Below, piece after piece: positions 40,770 to 54,054 of a stretch of 64,000 nucleotides of DNA. Where the stretch lies: assembly GCA_012026655.1 (NCBI GenBank), contig JAAILG010001027.1, forward strand, positions 1 to 64,000, given 5' to 3'. The position numbers were made by a program, and so were the translations under genes. The stretch's first letter is position 1, and every line of letters begins with the position of its first letter. A model generated the notes under the pieces. The model did no database searches. It was not told the origin of the DNA and worked only from the letters and a program-made list of their open reading frames with translations. Source of the DNA: Hydrolagus affinis. Its lineage: Eukaryota.

Positions 40770-40831
40770 AACAGCAACAAAATTATATTTGTAAAGTGCT
40801 TTTCACGTCAGGAGGATGTCCCAAGGTGCTG
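40770..40831 (-). mobile_element. L2-clade 3' tail (family A), ~60 nt
   Basis: CAACAAAATTATATTTGTAAAGTGCTTTTCACGTCAGGAGGATGTCCCAAGGTGCTG. Confidence 0.85.
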
Positions 40832-41929
40832 AAACCATTAGCAGATCCAGAAAACCTACAGCATAGAGAATAGCAGATGGAAAAAGGTTTTCCAAAATCA
40901 AGGGGAAGTCCCACTGTTTATGATATCCCCTGAGTTTTTCATATGTACAGATTTTGATGGATGATAGCCTAAAGCCTTGTTCCATCAGTGATCATGCTGC
41001 AGCTCTATGTGCTTTCCAGTCTAGAAAAAAGTGGCTCAGTGGGAGAGGACCCTCTGGTGTCAAGACTACACCATCTCTTAAAACCATAACTCCTGCAAGG
41101 TAATTGAACTTTGTCTGCAAAAGCTCATAGATCCAACTTTGCTTTCCTCTCCCAAGTAATCCTGATGAGAGTAACACATGCTTCCCAAGAGATGCCCTTG
41201 AATGAATAGAATAAAGATTAGGATCAACGTTAAGTCACCACTTTACTTAAATGCTTTAATGTTGAGGGTGACTCCACAAAGATATAGAGCTGCAAATAAT
41301 ACCAAATGATTGGGTGAAACAATTTATATAATGTCTTCTATCAATGAAAGAAAAACACATTTACATGATTACTAAAGTTTGGGCAAAATTACCCTAATCT
41401 ACTGAACCTGTTATTGATGTGAGAATATTGTGAACTTCATTGTTTTAGAACTTTTCTTATTTCTAAAGCATTTTCCACTGAACAAGAATTAATGTGGGAT
41501 CACAACAGCAAAAGATATAATAATATCTTGATTTCTATGGGATAAAATGTCACTTTGTATTGCTTTGTTGATTACCTGCAAAATGTTTTGGTTCTCTTTT
41601 TGTAATGCTTTCTCTATATTCGGCTGGCACTATTAACCTCAATATCGGTTTAAAATATTGTTTGTCTTCAAAGGATTGACATTAAACATATCTTCTAAAT
41701 ATAGATACCATACAAAATTGGGTACATGTCACTTTGCACAACAAATAATGCACTGCTAGGTTTGCTCTTCAGAAGACTTTTTGGTTACTCAATTTATTAA
41801 TTGGTTTTAGTCGATGCATTTATTTAAAATCTTCAATATTTTTGTTGAATCCACACTGAGTTCATGAGAGTTATGTACATGTTTCTAGATTGATAACTAC
41901 TGTATAGCATAATGCATGTTAGAGTAGCA

Positions 41930-42377
41930 TGACTCAATTTAAAGAGACTGAGCTTTGAGGAAAGACTAAAGAACCTTAACTAGACACAAGATGGTTGAAA
42001 GGGGACATCACCAATACATAAAATATTAAAATAGCATGGATAATTTAAACCTGCTTTATTACTAGATTAAACATATTTAATGTATCAAACATAATAAAAG
42101 TATTTAAATAGTAAATAATAGTCTTAAAACAAATATTAGGAGGGATGTTTTTACATGCAGAATAAATATCTGGAACATTGTGTCATATGGAACAGTAGAG
42201 ACAAAACATTTGGGGCACACACAAAAAACACCTGGATACTACACTGTATATGTAAGATATACAGTATAGTAAAATGCAAGGATATAGCAAAAATGCAAGG
42301 AATGTAAGATAGGGTAGTAAGAGGATGAACTTTGGTGAGTTAAATAGTCTTCTCTCTTCTTTGATTTTCTAATGTTC
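41930..42377 (+). mobile_element. CR1 LINE 3' remnant
   Basis: CTGAGCTTTGAGGAAAGACTAAAGAACCTT (LSFEERLKNL-like), AGGGGACATCA, and a CR1-like end ...TTCTAATGTTC. Confidence 0.7.
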
Positions 42378-42479
42378 AAATAATATCAACCACTGTCTTG
42401 TTCTCTGGACTGCTTCCAAACTTGGAGAATATGTTTTGAAGCATGTCATCAATGGGGAAGATACCCACTGGAGACACTG

Positions 42480-45400
42480 ATGGATGCCACCCCTGATTCA
42501 CATTCAAATGAAAACAGCGAATGTTGTTCTTTGTGCATCGGAAGATTTTCAGCTGCTGTGGAGTACCTCCGGTTGCTTTCCTGACATGGCGATTGACTAG
42601 AACCTGCTTTTTGAGATTCATGGCGCAGTTGAAATAATTAGAGCTCCTCCTCAGAGGTTAATCGATGACCTACCTTTCTTCGTTAGATGCAGAATGGCTT
42701 GATACGCATTCCCACTATTTTTATTATTATATTAATTTCTAGTGTGTGACTTGAACAGGATTCACATCAATCCCAAAGATCAGCCAACCTTCCAGCCTCC
42801 TTCAGAGGCAAGGTCAGAGAAAGACCTTTCTTCCACCAGTGTTTCAGACAAGAATTTCCAATTCCAGTATAATTACATATATGGGTCAAATGCTTTATTT
42901 CCCACTTGTGTTTAATTGTGTTTTGAAGATGTGCAATAATTGTATATCCAAAGTACCACCTGTGATTGGTATTTGCAACATTCCCACTTGGGTGAGAAGT
43001 AAAGGCACTTACCACTCTGTAGCTATTTAAAGTGTATTAATGCCTACATATTCCTCATATCTTTGAAAAAGATATGAGACCACATCCAGGGCGTAACGTA
43101 CTTGAATTTTTAAGTCAAGGAATGATTACAGTTAATAAGCAAATGCTCAGTTATCCATGGACTTTTAATATTATTTTATCATATTTTTCAAAAAAAAGAG
43201 AAGAAAATATGTTTGCATGCAAAATTGCAAAGGACCAGATTAAAGGATTTGTAAAACATAAACGCAATGCCTGGATTAAGTGTCTTCGCTATTAATATAA
43301 TCGTGCTTCAAAAGCCAGTATATTGACATTTTGCATATGCAGTTGTAACTAATCCAGAGAAGTCTTTCTTTGATTAAAAGCTGTAACACATTCACTGATA
43401 GTGTGTAGATAAAGGTTCTACCTTTGGGGTTGCTTTTCCCAGTTAAGTCAAATCATTAATCTTGTCCTATGACAGCGGTAGTAAAAAGATACAGGCGATA
43501 GTAATATTCCCTTCATAAAATGACAAAAGATCTCATTCAAAAACACCTGTGAAAGGAGGACAATGGCTGGCATTAACAATGAAACCAAACAGTTTGGGTC
43601 AAATGGATTAAAAGATCAGCTAATGTACTCTTAATCTTAAATAGTGCTTATTAAAGTAGTGGAAGATGACGCTTTGAAAAAAAATTCCACTGAAGCTAAA
43701 ATGAAAGCAACAGTCACAGTCAATGACAGTCTTGCATAATGCACAGAGCACTGTCAGGATTCCAGCTGAAACTGTCTCCATGTGAAAATCACAAACAATA
43801 TAGGATCCAGCTTATGCATATTGTCATCACAGCAGTGCTTAAGATTTAGTTTAATTTTTTTCTAAAAATATATATACTGTACATACAACTTTGCAGATAA
43901 GTTTTTGCTTGTGCCATTTTCATTCAAAGCTTTTTTTTAATTTGCATGTGCTGATCGCTTCTGTTGGTTATTCGTAAAATTCATAATTTCCCTTTTCTTT
44001 CTTGGGCAGTGCCGGGTAATGGGAAAGATCTTTTACTCTTCAAAGTTCCTTGGCAAGGTAAAAACAATCTTCAAACCATCAACAAATAACTTGTTTAAGT
44101 GCTGTGCCACAAAATCCTTGCCATAATAAATGCCCCCTAAAAAGTGCCAGCTTTTGTGTGTGGCTTGAATTGGACTGTATACATTCATAATTATCTTGGC
44201 TACATTTACCGGTGGAATGTTATCATTGATATAATAAATAAACCATAAATCATCCCCTCCGTAAAATAAACCCATTGCAACTGTAAACGTTCACATGGTT
44301 TGGAGAAGAAGATAGCTGTCCTTATCCATGAGAAAACACAGGATATTCAGATTTCCATGACCCATCCCCTCCTCTACATTTTGAACAAACCTCAGACAAG
44401 AAAGCAATGTTCTCATGCAATAAGAACTATATCAAATCAATTTCATGATGTTACAGCTACAGAAACTCTTAAGTGGACTTGAATTCATAATACAATATAA
44501 TGACGACCAATATAAAACTAAAACAAAGTATGTATTAGGTTAGTTAAGGCTTTCTACACATTGATGTAAATGTACATATTGAAGCATCTAAAGAAGAGGG
44601 ACCATGCTGCATGTAGATTGAAGTGCTGATACATGTTCAGGCTTTGAAATAAAGGTCAAAGGTACTGACCAAATATTTTTTTTCTTAAAAACAGTAAAAT
44701 TGTAAGCTTTGAGGCTTGATGCAGCATTGTTTTATTTTCTTTAGAGATGTCATATCTAAATATTGGGGAATGGTTAAAATACTAGAAAGAGAATATTGTG
44801 GAAGGGTTGTTATTTGATAATTTGAAAGCATGCTTGTGACAACCATAGAGATAATAAGTACCAATTTTGCTAGATTAAGCTGGGAATGCCTTTCTTCATC
44901 TTTCACGTTATTTATACTGTTATGAGAGCAACAGGATTATACAGGATAAAAATTACATGTTTATCACAGAGAATTTTCTGCCTCGAGACAGTCCAGTCTA
45001 TCTTTAGCTGCAGTCTCTCAGAAATAAAGACAGCTAGGAAAATAAAAGAAAGAGGATGGGATAAACATTCGTAAGTACACGTTTCACAAGAATATTTTAT
45101 CTTATGCATTTGGGTAATGGTTAAAAGTAGTCTGTTCACTTTCTATCAGTTGGATTAATATTTGCTTTAGTGCCTTATCTTTGAGCATTGTCAGGGCTCA
45201 ATTTGTCAATACAAGGAGGAATAGTCAAAAACAAAGAGAATGATTCACTTACTAAAACTGAAGTTTATGAATGGCAAGGACTGTGCTTTATATAAATTAC
45301 CCTTTGTTACAGGTAGCAGATTGTGTCTTCATTAATTGAAAGTGCCTGTACCTGTTCCAGATAAGTGAACTCTGGTCGCCAGATTGTAATGAATCTGTTA

Positions 45401-48350
45401 ATGATAAAAAACATGGATGAAAGCTTCTGTGATGACCAATTCATACGCTGTTGGAAGAAGGGGCATTGAATAAACAAATAGCAGCCGGGAAAATATAGTG
45501 TCATTGCATTCCTGTGGAAGAAATGTTTGAGTTTCAGTGTTGCTTCTCACCTAAAATAGTATGGAAAAGCTGGTCTACAATTATATCATGCTCCACAAAC
45601 AACTATCATCAAGTTGCATTGCATTAGTGCTTAGGTCAAATAGACATTTGACAATTTATTGAGAATGAATTTGTTTGAACCCTGCTTTTTAACCTGGTTT
45701 CTTCCTGGTATTTGGGGGCAGCAGCTATTAATGCCATCAACTTGACATCACAGCTCTACACAATAAAGCATCATTTGGGAGGATAACTGGTGTTCAAGAG
45801 AGTGCGAGGCATTAACAGTGAAATTCCCAAAGCTAGAGAATCCATCCTTGATTGTGAAACCTTTGAGCATTTGAGATGTTTCAAATATTCTGTGTAATAC
45901 CACACTGCACGTCAGATGACTTACATCCTCAACTGGATAAATTCTGCAAAATTATGTGAATTACACTGGGAAAAAAAATCAATAAAAATGATCAAGATGG
46001 ATTTCATAACCAAAAATTTATCAATGGTCAAAATTATATAATTCTGAAAAACACATTTTATTACTCATGTGAAAATTAAGATTTTCAGCCAGGGGGATAT
46101 TATTTAAATTACATATAAAATCTATGTAAATGTGTTTGTTACCATGCTTTTAAAGATAGCTTATTATGTTTAATTCTGTAGACCGTAAACCTATTTCTTT
46201 TTCTGAAAATTTCCCTAACAAAGAGAACATTATTCCACATTCTAACATTTCTGCTTGCCTATTATCATTAGTCATAAGCTAAGCTCTGCACTAAATGTCT
46301 AGCTAGCACAGATAATGTTCATTTTGTCTGGAAGACAGGTTGCCGCCTGTCAAGAAGAGATGGAATAAATGACAGGTTTGGACTTTGTGCCTTGCAGGCA
46401 TATTAAGCTAAGAAATCGGCAACATGATGAAAAATTATTTTGTCAAAAATTTGTAGGTCACCCATCACTGTCTAATGTATTCTGTGATTAATTGCTAGCA
46501 TAGATCAGCATTATGTCTTTCCACTGAATCGCTTAATTGTTGCCTGCTCAATGCTCTTAACGTAATGACAGGGCATCTGGTCCTTTCAAATGTGCATTTA
46601 AATGGTGAATTCTCTGCATCCAGGTTACGGGAACTCTAACATTAAACCAATAGTCCTTGTGAAAAATGAAAATTTACAGAATGTACTCTCTTTATGTTTC
46701 TTAACGGTTATGCACATGGAAAGCTGAGTGTTAGTGTTAATATATGTAGATTTCATTTCTGATGAGTGATTATTTGACTGCTCATTTTACGAAGATTTAT
46801 GGTGTGCTTTCTATCTCCTGACTGCAGTGCTACTCTTATCTTTAATAAAAGAGATGAGGACATTAATCAGCTGTTGTCAGGAGCCCTGACTAAGACATTA
46901 AATGTACTGTATGGGATAGGTAAACACGCTCCAGATCTCTCTCTACTTCAGTAGATCAGGCAAAAACCTTCATTATATTTATCATAATTTCACATCTGCT
47001 GTTTTTGAAGCAATGTACCATGAGGCCATAAACTGTATTACAACCGTGCATAAATTCAACTGATTTGTGGTTGGAGTAACTAATTCCTAAAGTACATTTT
47101 AGAAAAACAAGCAGTGAGCCCTGAAATTGCGATTGCGTAAAGGTACTAAATTACTCACAGCAGATTCAGGAATTTGCTTGATGCGATTCTGCAGTGGCCA
47201 TATTATAAAAAGAGGCAGCAAATGTGTGCTGAGGTCGATAAAAATAAGAATGCAAAGAGCAAAACATCACAAGAAGGACCAGAAAAGAACAAACCTTTTA
47301 AGCAAATGGGAGAAAGAAGAAGGAAAAGGGAACAATAATAAATATTTCCTTCCGAAGCAATGGGAGCAATAATTAATTTATTGCTTGATATTAAACAATC
47401 ACATTTGCATTCTAAATTCGTATAACCTGATATGCTATATATAGCGATAATGCTGTACAACCATCATTTTGTACCTCTGCTTAACTCTTGAGAGCTAATT
47501 GCTAAGTAACATTCAAAATGCATACAGCAAAAATGAGTATTTACTGATGATAATAATAGAACTGAGCTAGTGATAACATTTTTATTACGGACAAATGGGA
47601 AATGATGAAACAAAGTGAAAAACAAAACGACTAATATATTTTGATAAACTTTCATTAATGGGAAGGAAAGTTATGTTGGATAATACAAATCTTTTTATTT
47701 TACCTACTAATTAAATTTAGAAAATTATGTTAAGCAATTTGAAATTGTGCTCGCTGTGTCACTATTACTGTCCAGTACATAGCAGACAGTGTAATATTAT
47801 AATAACTTCTCTGCAGTGTATAAAACAAAGTGCTCAATTCCCTTTATTAAAATATCTAATAATAATTGATTTAAAGACTGTAAAATGTGTTCATTAGAGG
47901 GTTTATACTCAAGAAATATTGAAAGTATACCTAAAACTGTCACTTTTATTGTGAATGAACAGGATAATATAATTTGAAAAGTGTGTGATCATACTGAAGA
48001 TTTGTCCTGCAGCATTATCTGATAGCTCGTAAAGCGCTGAAATTTAATATGATGCATTCAGTCAGTTTAATTGAAATTTAATTGCCACTTTGGGCAGAAG
48101 GTTTAGATCTGATCAATAAAATATTAAAGAATCTGTGCTTTCGGTTGGAACAGCTTCAGACCGAATGCAGCAAGGGAGGTCTACATTTGAAAATTATCTG
48201 TTTATTATGCACAGGCAAGCTTTGAACTGACTTCCTTATCTTAATGTAGACAGAGAACCAGCTCTTTTAATACACAGCATGGATAAATAATAAAAATGAA
48301 TGATTGCAGATTTTATTAATTGCATTATGGTTAAAAACCACCAATCACCT
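42480..48350. promoter_or_regulatory. Repeat-free block with several candidate conserved enhancers
   Basis: No recognisable repeat for ~6 kb; sub-blocks rich in TAAT, TGACAG/CTGTCA and retained CpG (42480-42720, 43230-43850, 45300-45530, 46240-46950, 47000-47460, 47990-48330). Confidence 0.5.
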
Positions 48351-49329
48351 TAAGATCTATAAGGAATGCAGTAATGCAGAAGAGCAATAAATATTTTGAA
48401 ATGTCAGAGCTCAGAAAGGCAGAGTCCAGCATATGAACCTCATGATTTTGTGCAGTCTGGCCTTAAATCAAATGCTTAGTAGAACTCAGGCGGGTGGGGG
48501 GGAATTTAGCTCTCTGGTATTTTAGAAATAATTACTAATACAAAAAGGATAATGAATTAAGCTATAAATCAACTTAAACAAGGATATTAATACCACGTTG
48601 TGTGTGCAAGGTTCGGCCTATATATTTAGGTGTGTTCACACTGAGCGTTTTCCCACTTTTCTCATCGGTAAGGCCACAGAAATAAGGTTTGAAAAGAGTT
48701 TTGAGATCCACGAGAGATGAAATTAAGTACACCTTTTCATCATTCATGAATTAAAAAATTCGGAGAATCTGAATTATGCAAAAGCATGGATTGAATTGCA
48801 CGTAACTACTATGCACACATTGACCTTCGATGACTCTGGATGTTCATTGTTAGGTGCTGTGCTAGTAACAGTAGGTATTAGTGTCACTCTTCCCTTGTAG
48901 CATTGCAGCACAGCTTGGCATCTCGATTTCCAGGAAGTCTGCGTTATACTTGCAGTCTTAACTTGTACTAGCATATAAAAAGACAGTACTGGTATCATGA
49001 TATTCGTACACCTTGAGTTCATTTCTAACCAATATGTAGCTGGTCAATGTAACTTTTTTTGCATCAATGAATTACATGCTTAATTTATAGGGAATTAGTA
49101 CATTGGCACATAGCGGGAATTGTGCACGTAAAAATCCATCCACTATAAAACTATACAACCAACACATTTGAATAACTGTGCTTGCCTTAAATGAATCTTT
49201 TATGAGGACAATTTACTAAACAGAAATTCTCATTTACTTGTCTATTTTAAGTTGTTAAGTTTCTTTGCCTGTCTTCCTATATTGTCCCCTGCTTTTGCTG
49301 GGAGGCCTGAATATTTCGTATTGAGGGAT

Positions 49330-49860
49330 TCTCATTGCTATCATCAAGTTATATCCACAGCTATCAAACTACTCTATCCGGCTTCACTGTGACTCATTCT
49401 TCATTAACTGGAGGGTACTCCAAAGCTCTGTTCTCACTCTCGCTTTGTTCTGTGTCTGCACTGATGACATCCTCCATTCCTTATCCAACCCTTTTCACTG
49501 TTTTGCTGATCATTTCACTGCACATTCATCAATTTCCTTCAGGTGGCACATCCTCAGTGTACAAAGCCTTCACTCCTGTCGCAGTTTGATGCCTGACTTA
49601 CCAAACGTTAATCTCCTTCATATTCTTCAATGGCCGCTATTAACCATGAGACCCTGAAACTCATGAGCTCGGGTAGAATTTTCACCTCTCCAACGCTAAA
49701 ATTGCCTCCCAAGAAGCTTATCTACTACACTAAACATATCTTTTACCCTCAACAAATTGCAATAAAATTGAAGTGCATCAAACAATGCAAATACTACGTT
49801 CATGTCCATGGAGGCAATTCTATCACATTTCTATAAATGTAATTTTGTTGTTGTTGTTCT
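49330..49860 (+). mobile_element. Degenerate L2-like RT remnant followed by a family A tail
   Basis: ACTGGAGGGTACTCCAAAGCTCTGTTCTC resembles decayed GVPQGSVL codons; CTATAAATGTAATTTTG(TTG)n at ~49830-49858. The two parts may be separate insertions. Confidence 0.45.
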
Positions 49861-51359
49861 TCAAGGAAGCAAAGTTTTCTATTTCTTCATTTTATTTTAA
49901 AACATTACAATGGTGAATGCTCTAATAAAGCTTTTTTGATTGTTCCTCTTAACCTTCAAAACATTTCCACGTGTTCTTTTTCACTCTGTTGACATTAAAA
50001 CCAAATTCATCATAACTGTTAGGTTTTGGTTTACGGAATTGAGGACACCTTTACAAACCCAAGATTTGACTTGGATTATGGTGAACCTGCTTGACTTTGC
50101 CAGCCATGTATCCTCAGAGCTGAGCCAACACAACGGCAGACCAGACTCATTCCACCCTTTCCCTGGAGGAAATACTAATACTCTTCCTAAAGTAATTAGT
50201 CTCAAGCATATTATCAACGAAACACATTAAATTTTAAAATTTGATTCTACACCCAAATTATTTATAATTATTACTTGTAGAATCTTATTGAGAAACCTAT
50301 TCATTTCGTAATCTTGTACTCAAATAGACAAACCTGAGTCAAGGGACTAACTTTTCCTTCCTGTTGAGTAAAGTATTATCCCATCTTATTCAGTAATTAT
50401 AGGCTGGAAAGCTCCCAAGAAGGCAGATTTACCCCCAAATTACATAAAGGTAGCTCAAACTCACCTCATTTGGGGTAAAGTGCTTCTAAAGGTCTATTTG
50501 GAATCTTGATCAATTGTGTTTGACATAATCAACTATCCCCATGTCTAGATGAATATGCTAATTTATGAATGTCATTGTAACCTTGGCTGCCAATCTTTGT
50601 GTTAGAAAGATGTAAGTATATTATTCCCGTGTCAATAGGACAGTGTATCGTAAATGCACACAGCTGCATAGGTCTCTTTTTATTCAGTCACATAAAATAA
50701 GTGGTAAGTGATTGCATTTTTTTTTTTAAAAATCAGCCATTTACTGGAGTGCAGTTTACAGGCGAAAAATGTGCTTCCAATGGATCCATTAAAGTCCTTG
50801 GAATGATACGTTGCAGACACACATTTAAGAACTTTCAAAGAGTGAGGACACTAATGCTGGATTTATACTACTGGAGCGAGTTATTATTGCTTTCAGCAGT
50901 ATACCAATTTGGAGTGCGAAACAGGATTGATAATTCCTGCCCTCAAATCTCATTCACCAGAGGCTGAGTTGGACATAGTTCAAGTGCAGAACTCTGCCAA
51001 TCAGTGTCAGATTTTGGGTTGTATTTTCATATTCTTGAAGAGATTGTCATACGACCACCTACAATTGTGATCCTAAGTCCTGAATCTATACATAGAAAAT
51101 GTATATTTTAGTACTGTATCTACAGGAAAAGGATTGATGTTTACCATTGTGAGTATCACGATACTCTGTGTAATTAATTGAAGGAGAATTTTCACAAGTA
51201 TTACCCCAAACTTCATAGTGAGAATTTAGATCCTATTTCTAATGATTTCCCTGAACCAAAATATCAACTGCAACCAATAGAATTAGCAGATAAATAAGAG
51301 GACACCTTCCTAAGCTTGTATAATACTGTACATGTTTTTTTTTAACAAAGAGACATGTA

Positions 51360-51515
51360 CAAAGAATGTGCAGCAAGGAAACAGGCGACGGCCTAACCGG
51401 TCTGTGCCCACGTTTATGCTCTACACAAGTTTTCACTCATGCCTCACTCTCCCCGATAACCTTCTATTCGACTCTTTCTCATGTGAAGACCTAGCTTCCT
51501 CTTGAAAGCTTCTAA
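51360..51515 (-). mobile_element. CR1 LINE 3' end
   Basis: GGAAACAGGC...GGCCTAACCGGTCTGTGCC..CGTTTATGCTCTACAC..CCTTCTATTC..CTAGCTTCCTCTTGAA resembles shark CR1 3' ends. Confidence 0.65.
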
Positions 51516-51569
51516 AGTCCTATTGAATGCATTTTAAGTTTTGCATCAAACTTTGGGATGTACTGATAC

Positions 51570-51792
51570 AATAGAACAAGGTTACAATTTAAAGACTGGC
51601 ATGAATAAATATTTGTTCACCTACAGAGCAATGGACTACTGGAATAGTGTACTAGAAGTGTGATTGAGACCAAGAAGCTTGAATCATTTTAATGATGTGC
51701 TTAATGGTGTGACCGGAGAATAGTTCTCTGAAAGGGTGAGAACTGATGGGGCGAAGAATCTTCTTTATCTGAACCTTTATTGTGATCCTGTA
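51570..51792 (+). mobile_element. CR1 LINE 3' remnant
   Basis: TTCACCTACAGAGCAATGGACTACTGGAATAGT (F..R....WNS-like) followed by a CR1-type 3'UTR. Confidence 0.55.
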
Positions 51793-52919
51793 TTATCAGT
51801 TATTTTAGCTACCAGCCAGAAATCTGAAAAGCACCATTGCTGTAATTCCTTCCTCCCCCGGCAGCATCTGCATTCTCCTTATAACCCAATTAGGTGACTG
51901 ATCATACCCAAGTACCCATAATTGATAATTGATAAAATGTTTAAGCTACCTCAGTACATGATTTAAAAGCACAAATTTCATACACATATATATATACAGT
52001 ATATATATATGTGTGAACTGCTTTTGTTAATAAAATGAATCCTTGAACATTCTTGGTCGATGATAAATCAGATGCCTTGAACCTCTGGTTTTTAATTTCA
52101 GCAGATGGCAGGTTGATAAGTTTGTGCAAGTTCAGTGATGCCTCCCAGGTTGAGAATTGCACTGGATTATACTAATAGCATCAATTAAATTGTGATGATT
52201 CAAACTCATGATGTCTATCACAATATGACAGTTAAACATTTATTTCTGTTGGCATGGGTATAAAATAATTAGATATAGTTTAAATGATGATAATAATGTT
52301 AACAAATAATAGATCATTACACTCCCTTATTTTCCAGTGTGTGGAAATTGACTCACTTCAAAATGTTCATTGAGTCTTCAGAGATTATTGTTTTGACCTT
52401 TGTTTATTTCCCCCGAATCCCAGTCATAAGGAGTGGGAATTCCTCTAAGTCGCTCTGAATTCCTCTGATAATTCTGCTAGCCCAAATCCCTGTGGACAGG
52501 GTGGTCCTAGGTGAACAAGCAGTTGGAAACTTACCAATGGTAGACTGTATGGTTTTAGCTGGTTAAATTCCAGAAGTACCTCGATATATACCCAGGATCC
52601 CAGCGTTGGCTCTTGCCATTCTGCACAGGATTTCTTTGACGTTTTGGTGAATCAATGTACAGCCCACTTAGGAAAAAGTATGTACTGCAAGGCAGACAAA
52701 CAAACACATTTGGAGACTCTTAAACATGATGACAGGTTTTATGAGATACCCAGCTGATTGAAAATGAAATGAATATCAACAAACAATTTTGCAGAAAAGT
52801 AACAAAAGATTTTACTTGAATTTTATTTGATTCTATAATCTTTTATTTTGTTTCTGAATTTGTTAATTTTTTGATCAGGTTGAAAATATTTTCTCACATT
52901 TGTTCTCCTAGTTCTCCCC

Positions 52920-52981
52920 CAGTACTTTAGGAAGTCCTCCCGACGTGAAAGGCGCTCTATAAATGTAATTTTGATTTGTTG
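52920..52981 (+). mobile_element. L2-clade 3' tail (family A), ~60 nt
   Basis: GTCCTCCCGACGTGAAAGGCGCTCTATAAATGTAATTTTG. Confidence 0.9.
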
Positions 52982-53117
52982 AAGTTTGGTTTTGTTGTGC
53001 TGCCATACAAAATACTTGTAAAACTAAACATCAATTAACTAAAATTCCCATGATTTAAAATTTGAAAACTAACATAACTATATTCAATTTTCATTTTGCA
53101 ACCCAATTAGGTTTATC

Positions 53118-53230
53118 CTTTATCCTTCATGTCTCAAAGCGCTTTACAGGATTCACTGTGAAGTGTAGTAACTGCATATTTATACCAAAATGGCAGCCAA
53201 TTTGCTCACAGCAATGCACCAGTCATGAAG
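53118..53230 (-). mobile_element. Old Deu-type SINE 3' fragment
   Basis: GTCTCAAAGCGCTTTACA...ATGGCAGCCAATTTGCTCACAGCA. Confidence 0.7.
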
Positions 53231-54054
53231 TGAAAAATTTTGTTTAAACTTAACAGGAATAATAATTAAAACCATATCTATAAGTGCTCATTGAAGAGTT
53301 TTATTTGAAAATATGGGATTCAGTAAAATGTATGCCAAGTGGTGGCGGTTTATTCTGACCTAAATTGGCAGCTTTGTTTCTGCTTTAAAAATCATTGCAT
53401 TAGGACTGCAAAATGTCTTTTTTGAAAAATGAGATAACTGTCTGATACATTTGTCTTTTAATCTTTTTCATTCCATTGGCATTAATATTAATTTTCACAG
53501 CCCCTGCTCCATACCAAGTGAACATAAATGTAGAATAATTGGTACCTGGGAGTGAATGCATGACAACAATCTAATCAAGGGTTTCAGATGATGTCATAAA
53601 CCACAAGAGCAAAGCTGGAGCAGTTTATAACCGTCATGTAAACCCCAAGATTAGATTACTGGCTCAAAAATCACTCTAGGGTATCTGTTGTTTTATATAA
53701 CATTTTATGGGTGATTTTATTTCTGTGTTGGCCTCAGCTGTCATTTTGCACACTGATAGTTCACTTGGCACAGTAGATGCCTGATGGCATTCACATTAAA
53801 AAAAAATTAACACATGAGACACCATTACTGCAGTTTTATTGGGATATAATCTGTGACCGATTACTTGGAAATTGTATTGCTAGTTTACATTATAAAATCA
53901 CATACACAAGATATCAAGTCAAATAGCAAGTAATGATACTCCCCATGTATTGATATTACAACAATAAAATAAAGTAGGAGAGGAGATTCTCACATCTGTA
54001 TTGTCAAGTTTATTTTACTTAAGAAATATCGATCGTAGCAATATCAAGCTTGTC

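Noticed and set aside
46758-46800. CTGATGA hammerhead or C/D-box-like motifs (also ~17887, ~41162)
   Set aside because: No stem II plus GAAA, and no terminal stem or box arrangement.
52098-52111. CTCF-like TCAGCAGATGGCAG (similar at ~12382 and ~21497)
   Set aside because: Partial motif matches are expected by chance in 64 kb; no supporting context.
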